Assembly: GCA_002506755.1 (NCBI GenBank) | Contig: DAYD01000018.1 | Location: forward strand, 37,118 to 101,117 | Reading direction: 5' to 3' | DNA from: Euryarchaeota archaeon UBA462 | Lineage (GTDB): Archaea; Thermoplasmatota; Poseidoniia; Poseidoniales; Thalassarchaeaceae | DNA length: 64,000 bases | Shown: in pieces, positions 9,031-17,818 of the stretch | Layout of the letters: the number at the start of each line of letters is the position of its first letter | Numbering within the stretch: position 1 is the first letter of the stretch | The notes under the pieces: model-generated | What the model saw: the letters and a program-made list of their open reading frames with translations, nothing else | Databases searched by the model: none | Told to the model about the DNA's origin: nothing | Position numbers and translations under genes: made by a program

Positions 9031-9600
9031 GCCGCTCCGGGGGAGTGGTGTGAGGGCGCTTCGGCGCAACTCGCGGGCCACAAAAACCGAGCCCCGAAAC
9101 CGGGGCGGTAAAATCGAAATCCGAAAGGAAATCGAGGAAAGCTGAAGCGTCATGTGGGCGTGGATGCAACGGCGAAGATTTAGGACAAACCGGACGCAAG
9201 GAAGGTAAGAGCTAGGTTAGAGTTGAAGAGATACACGCGCGTAGGGTGATGAGAATGAACCTGGGTCGCGTAAGTGGGAAACGAAGTGAAAAGAACCCGA
9301 CGCAAGGAAGGTAATGGAAACTAAGGGAAACACTTGGCAACAAGGGCGGGGAGACCCGTGGAGAAGCTAGTATCGAGACGTAGAAGGTTAATCGGAGACG
9401 AAGCACCTAAAACGGATGCGGCAAAAGAGAGAGAGATCCCTCTTTAGTCGGAAAATGACAAAGGAAGAGCGAGAAGTTCCGGAGTCATCTACCCGGGGAA
9501 TCCCGGGCCTTCGGGCCCGGGCGACACCCGGACCCTGCGGAGTTAACAGGGGGGGAAGCTCCCCCATGTGCGGAACCCCCTGTTGCTCCCACCTGGTTAT
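9031..9600 (+). ncRNA. candidate large structured RNA, class unknown
   Basis: ORF-free, purine-rich segment that looks GC-richer than its flanks by eye, lying between two convergent gene ends. It has cUUCGg hairpins at 9056-9067 and 9502-9521, and GNRA hairpins at 9333-9344 (GCAA) and 9347-9358 (GAGA). Further helices are GCCCCG-AAAC-CGGGGC at 9091-9106 and a 9-bp helix at 9545-9553/9576-9584. The ends are approximate. Confidence 0.45.
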
Positions 9601-9642
9601 CAGGCCCTTAGAAATAAAAGCACTAGAGGTAGCTAGATCAAA

Positions 9643-11244
9643 TCATGATTTAGGGCCAATCATGTTCTGAGGTTTTACCCAATTATCAAAATCCTCGTCG
9701 GTTAAAATCTTCAGATCTATAGCGCTCTGCCTTAGAGTGAGACCCTGCTCATGAGCGTGCTTGGCAATCTTCGCAGAATTGTCATATCCGATATGCGGAT
9801 TTAATGCTGTCACAAGCATTAGTGAGTTCTCCAGATGTTCAGAGATCTTTGTCTCATTAGCCACCAGCCCTTCTACACATCTTTCGGAGAAGGAGATGCA
9901 AGCGTCAGAAACTAATCTTATACTGTGAAGTAAGTTGTGAATCATCATTGGCTTGTATACGTTAAGCTCAAAGTTTCCTTGGCTACCACCTATCGAGGTC
10001 GCTAGATGATTCCCCATAACCTGACAACAAACCATAGTCATGGCCTCGGACTGGGTTGGATTTACCTTGCCCGGCATTATACTTGAGCCTGGCTCGTTTG
10101 CGGGCAGTGATAGTTCACCTAATCCGCACCTTGGGCCTGAACCAAGCCACCTGATATCATTGGCTATCTTCATCAACGACGCAGCCAATGTATTCAGTGA
10201 TCCGGATGCAGCTACTATGGCGTCATGAGAGGCTAACTGGGCGAATTTATTTTCAGCGCTGATGAATGGGAGATTGGTCTTTTCTGCGATGCGCTCCGCA
10301 ACAATATCTGCAAAATCTTTACGAGTGTTGAGGCCAGTTCCAACTGCAGTTCCACCCAAGGCTAGCTCGAAAAGATCTGCTTGAGAAGCTTGGATTCTAA
10401 CTAGGTCAGCATCCAGCATAGAGACATAGGCGCCAAATTCCTGTCCCAATGTCAAGGGAACTGCATCCATTAGATGTGTTCTTCCTATTTTGACTATGCC
10501 GGAGAACTCCCCGGCCTTTTCGGCTAGAGCTGCCCGCAGTATTTCTATTGCAGGTATTAGGCTTTGATTTATTTCAACGGCTGCCGCTATGTGCATTGCC
10601 GTAGGAAAGGTGTCATTGCTAGATTGTGCCATGTTAACATGGTCATTGGGATGGATTGGATCCTTGCTTCCTAGTTTTCCTCCTATCAACTCAATTGCAC
10701 GATTGGCAATTACTTCGTTAGCGTTCATATTTGTCTGAGTCCCAGAACCAGTTTGCCATATCCTAAGTGGGAAATGTTCATCCAAAGACCCGGAAATAAC
10801 CTCCTCACATGCTCGATAAATTAGTTGTCCCGTCTCTTCATTAAGGTCTCCAAGCTCTACGTTTGTTTCCGCTGCGGCTTGCTTCAGGATTCCGAAAGCC
10901 CGTATTAATGACCTTGGCATTTTATCTTGGCCGATATCGAAGTTCACCAATGATCTAGCTGTCTGAGCCCCATAATACCTATCTGCGGGTACATCAATCT
11001 CTCCCATGGTATCCTTCTCTAACCTGACCTTTCCACTGGTTATTTTCGGTTTTGTTGGCTCTGATTTTACGGATTCTGTTCGGAAGACCTCCTTCCCGGA
11101 CAGAGAGTTCTCAATCATCTTCGAAATCGTAGCAGATCTTCCACTATCCCTACCTTTGCCTACTCTAGCATCGAGCCTCTTCGCCAAATCCTCGGGTATG
11201 CTTACTGTGATTATCCTCCGATCTCCGGAGCGGTGCTTCGCCAT
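9643..11244 (-). CDS. fumC: class II fumarate hydratase with a ~73-aa N-terminal ribbon-helix-helix-like extension
   Basis: [16 protein letters not shown] signature. The canonical FumC N-terminus ([23 protein letters not shown]) begins at aa 73. It is preceded in frame by [20 protein letters not shown]...[13 protein letters not shown]. Confidence 0.85.
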   Translation of the reverse strand: MAKHRSGDRRIITVSIPEDLAKRLDARVGKGRDSGRSATISKMIENSLSGKEVFRTESVKSEPTKPKITSGKVRLEKDTMGEIDVPADRYYGAQTARSLVNFDIGQDKMPRSLIRAFGILKQAAAETNVELGDLNEETGQLIYRACEEVISGSLDEHFPLRIWQTGSGTQTNMNANEVIANRAIELIGGKLGSKDPIHPNDHVNMAQSSNDTFPTAMHIAAAVEINQSLIPAIEILRAALAEKAGEFSGIVKIGRTHLMDAVPLTLGQEFGAYVSMLDADLVRIQASQADLFELALGGTAVGTGLNTRKDFADIVAERIAEKTNLPFISAENKFAQLASHDAIVAASGSLNTLAASLMKIANDIRWLGSGPRCGLGELSLPANEPGSSIMPGKVNPTQSEAMTMVCCQVMGNHLATSIGGSQGNFELNVYKPMMIHNLLHSIRLVSDACISFSERCVEGLVANETKISEHLENSLMLVTALNPHIGYDNSAKIAKHAHEQGLTLRQSAIDLKILTDEDFDNWVKPQNMIGPKS

Positions 11245-11288
11245 ATTTTATCCATTAATTAGTTATTAATTAATTTATTGGAGACCAT

Positions 11289-11798
11289 TCAGGCTCTTTC
11301 GACTTTGATTATTTTCTGAGGATCCTCCGGCCTATCCCCCGGTACCGTTGTGGTAGATTCGATAGCTCTTACAACTTCCATCCCTTTTGCTACTTCTCCA
11401 AACACGGCATGATTTCCATCTAACCATGGAGTAGGAACTGTTGTCAGGAAAAATTGCGACCCCCCGGTGTTCCTTCCCGCGTTGGCCATGGAGAAGATTC
11501 CTGGCTTGTCGTGTTTCTTCGAGAGTGCTGATTGCTCACAATCAATCTTCCAACCGGGACCGCCAGTTCCCGCTCTACCATTGAATGGGTCACTAGAATG
11601 AGGGCATCCACCTTGAATCATGAAATCTTTGATTACTCTATGAAAGTGTAGACCGTCATAAAACCCCTCATCTACTAATTTGAGGAAGTTTCCAGTGGTT
11701 TCGGGACACTCTTCGATATAGAGTAGGATATCTATTTCGCCGGCGCTTGTTGTCATTCTAACATGAGTCATAATTCCAAGCGGAAGCTCCAAGTTCAA
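11289..11798 (-). CDS. cyclophilin-type peptidyl-prolyl cis-trans isomerase
   Basis: FHRVIKDFMIQGG, SMANAG.NTGGSQFF and HAVFGEV motifs. Confidence 0.9.
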   Translation of the reverse strand: MNLELPLGIMTHVRMTTSAGEIDILLYIEECPETTGNFLKLVDEGFYDGLHFHRVIKDFMIQGGCPHSSDPFNGRAGTGGPGWKIDCEQSALSKKHDKPGIFSMANAGRNTGGSQFFLTTVPTPWLDGNHAVFGEVAKGMEVVRAIESTTTVPGDRPEDPQKIIKVERA

Positions 11799-11817
11799 TA
11801 TGGTATGCTTGAGGAGA

Positions 11818-12216
11818 TTACGCTATAGTTGACCCGGGCAATGTTCCTTCCGGTAATTCAAGTAGTCTTACAGTTCCATCGGGTTCCAAGGACCCAAGAA
11901 TCAAAAATTGAGAAACAAAACCAGAGGGGAGGGTCTTTTCTCCGAGATTTATCGCTCCTACCACTGTCCTTCCAATCAACTGCGCACGGGAGTAGTTGGT
12001 AATTTGTGCCGAGCTCCAAAGCTTGCCTACGATTGGTCCGAAGTCCACCCTTATTTTGTATGAGGGCTTTCTCATCTCGGGAAACTCTTCGACATCAAGG
12101 ATGATTCCTGCTCTCATATCGACGGATAAGAACTCCCCTATTCCGATATACTCCTTCCTTTCTAGTTTGGTTGGGTGGTACTGTTGATTACTTGGATCTA
12201 TTTCGTGCTGACCCAT
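11818..12216 (-). CDS. csaA: tRNA-binding (EMAP/CsaA-type) domain protein
   Basis: The pattern DMRAGIILDVEEFPEMRKPSYKIRVDFGP...SSAQITNY is typical of CsaA. Confidence 0.8.
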   Translation of the reverse strand: MGQHEIDPSNQQYHPTKLERKEYIGIGEFLSVDMRAGIILDVEEFPEMRKPSYKIRVDFGPIVGKLWSSAQITNYSRAQLIGRTVVGAINLGEKTLPSGFVSQFLILGSLEPDGTVRLLELPEGTLPGSTIA

Positions 12217-12219
12217 GGT

Positions 12220-12876
12220 TCAACCAACTATTTCTGATTTCAGAGTTAACGGAAAAAGTGGGATTTTCGCTTTCTCAAAGGCTTGCAGTCCGCCTTCCTC
12301 ACGGTCTAGTATTGTGATGCAACCCACCACATTACAACCCATTTCAGATAGAATTTTTGAGGCTTTGAGCGATGACCCACCGGTGGTTATGACGTCCTCC
12401 AAAAGAACAATTCTGGCCCCTTCATCTAAACTGGCTCCTTCTATCCCGGGAGGGTTCCCGGTCTTTCTTCCTCCTCTGCCTTTTGGCTCCTTCCTTACAA
12501 TGAACCCTCGAAGCAATGAGCCTTTTCCGGCCTTGGCAATAGCTATTCCAGTGAGGGGGACTGCCCCTAACTCCAAGCCTCCTATAGCATCTACAGGGCC
12601 TAATTTTTCAATTTCATTGTGAATTAAAACGCCTAAAAGATGTGCGCATTCTGGGTCCATCATAACAGGTTTCATGTCAAAGAAGTGATTGCTTTGTTTT
12701 CCACTTGCTAAAGTGAAGGAGTCTTCTGAATAAAGATAGGCCAATTCTCTGATTCTTTCAATGAGTATGTCTTTGGCATCTCCGACAGAAGTGGTGTTCA
12801 TCAAACGCTTTGGCCTACAAGGAATCGGATGAAGGTTACCATCGTTGAGTGGGATTTTACTATTGATATCGGTCAA
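12220..12876 (-). CDS. pyrE: orotate phosphoribosyltransferase
   Basis: PRPP-binding loop VLLEDVITTGGSSLKA. The true start may be ATG 12801. Confidence 0.85.
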   Translation of the reverse strand: MTDINSKIPLNDGNLHPIPCRPKRLMNTTSVGDAKDILIERIRELAYLYSEDSFTLASGKQSNHFFDMKPVMMDPECAHLLGVLIHNEIEKLGPVDAIGGLELGAVPLTGIAIAKAGKGSLLRGFIVRKEPKGRGGRKTGNPPGIEGASLDEGARIVLLEDVITTGGSSLKASKILSEMGCNVVGCITILDREEGGLQAFEKAKIPLFPLTLKSEIVG

Positions 12877-12927
12877 TGTTCTTGGACGGCCTATCGCTAG
12901 TAAGCCCGTTGTAGTAGTGGTGGCGTC

Positions 12928-15900
12928 ATGGAAAGTAGCTCGAAAGTTTCAGAAATTGACATCCCAAGGCTTGAGGGTGAGCGTGAATCTTATCAAAAAA
13001 TACTGGATACAATGATCGAAGAGGCTTACGACTTCGCTTCCATTGCCAAACAAAAGGGTCTGGATTTCTCGGACTCCATCGAGATTCCAAGAGCCTCAGA
13101 TTTGGCTAGTAGGACCGAAAAGTTGCTGGAAGACCCATATTTGTACACTGATCCAGTAAATAGAGATCAGACTCCTTTGGCGATTGAGTCTCATTTGAGG
13201 GAGCTTTTGTTGGAACATGACAGGGAAACTGCGGCAATAATGATTGCAATTTCGGTCACCAAAGAAATGCATTCCAGAACTGGTGACAGGAGGAGAGCCA
13301 TAGACTCAGGCCTAAGGGTTGGATTGGCTGTATTGACCGAGGCCGTATTGGTAGCCCCCTTGGACGGAATTGGTGATGTGAGGATAATGAACAATTCAGA
13401 CGGCTCTGAGTTCTTGTCAATAGACTTTTGTGGCCCTATTAGAGCTGCTGGCGGAACTGCTCAGGCCTTGGGTGTTCTGATCGGAGACATTCTTAGAAGA
13501 GAGATGGGGGTTGGGAGATATTTGCCAACTATTCCAGAGGTAGAGAGAGTCAAGGAGGAATTCGGTCTTTATCGAATGAATCTACAATACAAGCCACCCC
13601 CGGAAGAGACTGAAGTTATCGTCAATGCCTGTCCTGTAATGATCAACGGTGAAGAGACCGAAAGAATGGAGTGTGCTGGATACAAGGAGGTTAGGAATAT
13701 TGTGAATGAGAACGGTTCCTACAGGACCAGAGTTCGGGGAGGAGTTATGCTGGTGATTGGCGAGGGCTTATGTCTCAAAGCACCAAAAATACAGACCCAT
13801 ACAGAAAGGCTGAGGGTGCCCGGATGGGATTTCATCTCAATTTTTGCCAAAAAGAAGAAGGGGTCAGATTCTGAAGGATTCGAAGTCAAAAGAAGGATAA
13901 TTCCCAAGGAAAATAGATTCATGGGGGATGTAATTGCAGGGCGTCCTGTATTTGGTGAGCCAAGAGAACCAGGTGGGTTTCGACTAAGATACGGCAGAAG
14001 CAGGGCAACAGGTCTCGCAGCAGCTGGCCTTAATCCAGTCACAATGGAGGCCATGGGAGGTTTTCTCTCTGTTGGGACTCAAATGAAAATTGAGGGGCCT
14101 GGAAAAGCATGCGCAGTCACTCCTTGTGTTGATATCGATGGGCCGATGATCCTGCTATGCGACGGTTCATTCCTAAGGATAGATTCAGAAGATGATTGGA
14201 GGGAAAATAAAGATAATTTAGACAGTATTTGGGACTCTGGAGAGATTCTTTTGGGATATGGAGAGTTTTTGGAAAATAACAAGGATTTAGTTCCTTCATC
14301 TTATTCTTTAGACTGGTGGGCTGCAGACCTTGCTGAATCTCTCGATTCTCCTGAAAAGGTGGGAAGGTTTTCTGATATCATCGGAATTAGAAGGGATAAG
14401 TTGCCCCCTGGTCTACCCTTCAATGGGGCCATCAACAGAGGGGGAGAAGATCCTCTGGATAGATCTTGGCGAAAGATAGACTGGCTTTCCTTCCTAAAGA
14501 GTTTGAATACTTCCTGGAAGCAAATTCGAGGGATAAGTGAGGTATTCGGGACTGCAATACCTCCGCCATGGAACCTATGGTGGTCGGATCTTCCTGTCCA
14601 GTTTTTACCAGATCTAGTCTCCACATTACAAGAAAGAGGATCTATTGTAGAGGGATCTCTGGTCATCAGGCAAACAGTCGAAGAATGGCCTTTCTCTTTC
14701 AATCTAGATGATCTTGGAATTGGTGATCCCTTACTTGGGGACTGGTCAAGATGGAATGAAGCCTGCAGACATGGGTTGGTCAAGTCATCTCTCATGACCC
14801 TTGGATTAAGTCATCACCATGAGAATGGAGATATTATAGTTCCAAAACATTGGGAGTCTCTACTTGATGGGCTGGGCTTGGATTTATTTGATGGAAAGAT
14901 TAGGACCAGGTATGATTGTAGAAATCTCGTCGTTGAGATAACTGACAGGATAAGATCCCTGTTGAAGACCACGACAAAGGAGGAAGAGTCTGGTGAAATG
15001 GCTGCTGATGCTTGGGAAAGTAGATCAAAATTAGACGATTATGAAATCGAAAAATCCCTACAGGTGGTAAGGAAGGCTTCTACATTGCCTAGGTGGGAAG
15101 ACGCAGTTCCATGCAGAGTAGGTTCGAGGATGGGGAGGCCGGAGAAATCTGGAATTAGGGAGATGAATCCGAGGGTGCACGCTATTTTCCCCATTGGCGA
15201 GAGTGGAGGACCACAGAGACTGGTTTCAGAGGCGGCTTCTAGGGGAGCCATTAGAGTGGTTGTTGGCCCCAGAGTATGCCAGAATTGTGGTCGCCAGACC
15301 CCTCATATCAGATGCCACCACAAAACTGATTCGAACCAATCTACTACCTGCGGAGGTAGGACTGCAAGCTCGGCAAAAAGAGGCAGAGGTAGGAGGAAGG
15401 GTGAAAGGACCGCCATAGACCTGGCCCCAATTTTAGAAGAAAAGAGGAGAAGTCTCGGATTGGATAGACTTCCCAAAAAAATCAAAGCGGTCAAGGGCCT
15501 TTTCTCGGAGGATCAAACCCCTGAACCTATAGAAAAGGGAATTCTAAGGGCCTTGCACGGAGTCTCGGTATTCAGAGACGGTACGTCTAGGTTCGATATG
15601 AGTGACGTACCAGTGACGCATTTCAGACCATCAGAAATTAATACTCCATGGAAGATACTGGCAAACCTCGGATACACGCACGATGTCAGAGGGGATGCCC
15701 TAGAAAGTGACGAGCAAATCCTGGAACTTCTTCCCCAGGACTTCATTCCCTCAAGTATTGCCTCAGATCATCTGCTATCTACTTGTGAATTTGTTGATGA
15801 CTTATTGGTCAGATTCTACGGAATGGAGGGTTTCTATAACGCAAAGGTACCAGAGGATATAGTCGGCCACATTGCAATAGGCCTGGCCCCTCACACCTCT

Positions 15901-16788
15901 GGAGGAGTTGCATGCAGGATCATTGGGTGGACCGATGCATCAGCGGGATACGCTCACCCCCTATTCCACGCAGCTAAACGAAGGAACTGTGATGGCGATG
16001 AGGATAGCATAATGATGCTGATGGACGGTCTGCTGAATTTCTCTCAATCCATCTTACCAGCTAACAGGGGCGGCAGGATGGATGCTCCTCTAGTGCTGAC
16101 AACTAGATTGAATCCTAGTGAAATTGACAAAGAGGCTCTGAATGTAGATTGCTCCTGGGGGTATAGCCGAGAATTCTACGAAGCTACTTTGGAGCAACCA
16201 CACTCCAAGGACTTACGCGGCATTGTGGATATTGTAGAAGGGAGGCTAGGGATGATTGGAGAAATAAGGGGATATGGCTGGACTCATGACTCCGGTCCTC
16301 TTGACGCTGGTCCAACGAACTCTTCTTACAAGACCCTCTTGACCATGAAGGACAAGTTAGATAGCCAACTGGAACTGGGAAGGGTGCTGAGATCGGTCGG
16401 AGTCAGAAAGGTGGCAAAACAGGTTATTGAGTCTCACTTTCTTCCTGACATGAGGGGCAATCTTATGGCTTATACTAGGCAAAAGGTGAGGTGCGTGAAA
16501 TGTGGTGAGTCGTATCGAAGAGTTCCTCTTGCGGGAAAGTGCATTAAGGAAGTAAGAACTTCTGGAGGTTTTTCAACATCAGGAGGAGATTCCTCTTGTG
16601 GGGGGAACGTGATTCTCACTGTTTCAAAAGGCAATGTGGAGAAATACATAGGAATCACAGAAGAGGTGATGGAGAGCTATGGTGTTGACGATTACACAAA
16701 GCATAGAGTAGGATGGATGTCATCTAGCGTCGACTCATTATTCAACAATGACAAAGTCACAGTAATGACCCTTGAGGATTTCATATAA
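12928..16788 (+). CDS. polC: DNA polymerase II (PolD) large subunit DP2
   Basis: 1286 aa that is collinear with archaeal DP2 as I recall it, including the Cys clusters and the C-terminal GG...VILTV segment. I see no intein signatures. Confidence 0.93.
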   Translation: MESSSKVSEIDIPRLEGERESYQKILDTMIEEAYDFASIAKQKGLDFSDSIEIPRASDLASRTEKLLEDPYLYTDPVNRDQTPLAIESHLRELLLEHDRETAAIMIAISVTKEMHSRTGDRRRAIDSGLRVGLAVLTEAVLVAPLDGIGDVRIMNNSDGSEFLSIDFCGPIRAAGGTAQALGVLIGDILRREMGVGRYLPTIPEVERVKEEFGLYRMNLQYKPPPEETEVIVNACPVMINGEETERMECAGYKEVRNIVNENGSYRTRVRGGVMLVIGEGLCLKAPKIQTHTERLRVPGWDFISIFAKKKKGSDSEGFEVKRRIIPKENRFMGDVIAGRPVFGEPREPGGFRLRYGRSRATGLAAAGLNPVTMEAMGGFLSVGTQMKIEGPGKACAVTPCVDIDGPMILLCDGSFLRIDSEDDWRENKDNLDSIWDSGEILLGYGEFLENNKDLVPSSYSLDWWAADLAESLDSPEKVGRFSDIIGIRRDKLPPGLPFNGAINRGGEDPLDRSWRKIDWLSFLKSLNTSWKQIRGISEVFGTAIPPPWNLWWSDLPVQFLPDLVSTLQERGSIVEGSLVIRQTVEEWPFSFNLDDLGIGDPLLGDWSRWNEACRHGLVKSSLMTLGLSHHHENGDIIVPKHWESLLDGLGLDLFDGKIRTRYDCRNLVVEITDRIRSLLKTTTKEEESGEMAADAWESRSKLDDYEIEKSLQVVRKASTLPRWEDAVPCRVGSRMGRPEKSGIREMNPRVHAIFPIGESGGPQRLVSEAASRGAIRVVVGPRVCQNCGRQTPHIRCHHKTDSNQSTTCGGRTASSAKRGRGRRKGERTAIDLAPILEEKRRSLGLDRLPKKIKAVKGLFSEDQTPEPIEKGILRALHGVSVFRDGTSRFDMSDVPVTHFRPSEINTPWKILANLGYTHDVRGDALESDEQILELLPQDFIPSSIASDHLLSTCEFVDDLLVRFYGMEGFYNAKVPEDIVGHIAIGLAPHTSGGVACRIIGWTDASAGYAHPLFHAAKRRNCDGDEDSIMMLMDGLLNFSQSILPANRGGRMDAPLVLTTRLNPSEIDKEALNVDCSWGYSREFYEATLEQPHSKDLRGIVDIVEGRLGMIGEIRGYGWTHDSGPLDAGPTNSSYKTLLTMKDKLDSQLELGRVLRSVGVRKVAKQVIESHFLPDMRGNLMAYTRQKVRCVKCGESYRRVPLAGKCIKEVRTSGGFSTSGGDSSCGGNVILTVSKGNVEKYIGITEEVMESYGVDDYTKHRVGWMSSSVDSLFNNDKVTVMTLEDFI

Positions 16789-17773
16789 TGAGAGGAGCGA
16801 TTGGGTCTCCGAAAAACACCAAAGGGAAAATTCCAAGGAAGAGGTAAACTAGGAAAGGGTGCTTTCTAGCTACCCAAACAGTCTCCAACCCCATTTCATC
16901 CAATAACTCCATTTCCGTCGATCTGCTGCCTGAAAAAGAATACTCGGAAGATGATGATTTTTTCGATGGTAAAATCCGATTCACGACCCTTGGACCATTT
17001 TCATGATCGACTAACTCTGTTAGAACCCAAGAGTTGTCATCCTCTACTTCGGATAATCTCTTTCGAGTAGCATGCCACGCCATCTTGAGGTCGGAAATCG
17101 ATTCTACATTTCCCATTACGATATTATTGATGAAGATTAATGGCGGAGCCAATATGAATGCCGCGCCAGCCCAGACAAAGAGGGCCATTGATGGAGGTAT
17201 TCCGAAGACTAGATCTTCATCAAGATGAAGCATTTGATCTGGCAGATATGCCCATGACGGAAAATACAGAGTTACTAGAATTAGAGCCTTCACATCTGCC
17301 CCCCCTTGAATTACACCAAGGCGCCAAGCTGTGAGGTACACGCCCATTGTAACTAATGCTCCCAATAAGCTCCACCAAAGTATTGTGTCTGGGGATTCCT
17401 CGCCTAATATAAGATCGATAAAATTGGTATCATAGTTCTCTATGATACCAAGGGTTATGCCAGAAATTGCTAGTATGTATAGTACGAAAATGAAAGTTTC
17501 ATTCCTTGTCCAGTCCTTTATCCTCCTAGGGTCTGAAGGCCTTACGAAGCAGGATGAGAAGGTTGCAACCAAAGCAAAAACCATGCAGATATTGGCGAAG
17601 TTATCTGAATTAGATAGCACTTCGAAAAGGAGTATTAGCGACCCTGGAATGGCCCACCAGAGCCAATGAGTATCTCGCACATGGAGAGTCACGTAATCAG
17701 AGCGAGCGGCTGCGGCCATGCATAGTATCAATGTAGAAATCCTAATTGTTGAGAGCAGTGGGTCAGCAGTCAC
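16781..17773 (-). CDS. arlK: prearchaellin (preflagellin) peptidase, A24 family (FlaK/ArlK-like)
   Basis: Polytopic membrane protein. The first Asp sits near the N-terminal helix (ARSDYVTLHVRD) and the second in a G-x-hydrophobic-D motif (QGGADVKAL). It lies at the 3' end of the archaellum operon. Confidence 0.7.
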   Translation of the reverse strand: MTADPLLSTIRISTLILCMAAAARSDYVTLHVRDTHWLWWAIPGSLILLFEVLSNSDNFANICMVFALVATFSSCFVRPSDPRRIKDWTRNETFIFVLYILAISGITLGIIENYDTNFIDLILGEESPDTILWWSLLGALVTMGVYLTAWRLGVIQGGADVKALILVTLYFPSWAYLPDQMLHLDEDLVFGIPPSMALFVWAGAAFILAPPLIFINNIVMGNVESISDLKMAWHATRKRLSEVEDDNSWVLTELVDHENGPRVVNRILPSKKSSSSEYSFSGSRSTEMELLDEMGLETVWVARKHPFLVYLFLGIFPLVFFGDPIAPLII

Positions 17774-17818
17774 GATGTCAGGTCTGCTGTCTGAGTCATC
17801 AAACCTTCTGCGCTCTCG

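Noticed and set aside
9246-9252. Box C/D sRNA (GUGAUGA C-box-like heptamer).
   Set aside because: There is a single occurrence only. No correctly spaced D/D'/C' boxes (CUGA/UGAUGA) lie nearby.
9031-9600. Archaeal RNase P RNA. The strings GAGGAAAG (9134-9141), GGUAAGAGC (9204-9212) and GCAAGG resemble conserved RNase P regions.
   Set aside because: The CR-I-like string continues as CUGAAGC instead of UCC. I could find no downstream ACAGAA-type strand able to form the universal P4 helix with it. The element is also much longer than type A/M RNase P RNAs. A covariance-model search is needed for a firm answer.
9031-9600. ORF-less group II intron. A GUGUG occurs near the 5' end (9048-9052), there are GNRA hairpins, and the size is about 550 nt.
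   Set aside because: There is no domain V-like hairpin (about 14 bp, AGC triad, 2-nt bulge, GNRA loop). The best GNRA hairpins have only 4-5 bp. There are also no flanking exons that would be joined.
9480-9610. SRP (7S) RNA. The region is GC-rich with hairpins, and the minus strand contains CAGGUGGGAGCAAC, which is reminiscent of helix 8 AGG...AGCA.
   Set aside because: There is no GGAA/GNAR-capped helix between the AGG and AGCA elements. The canonical tetraloops lie on the opposite (+) strand, and no Alu-domain-like 5' region could be drawn.
12928-16788. Intein in the 1286-aa PolD large subunit.
   Set aside because: The length is within the intein-free DP2 range. No Cys/Ser...HN-Cys/Ser/Thr splice-junction blocks or homing-endonuclease (LAGLIDADG) motifs were seen.
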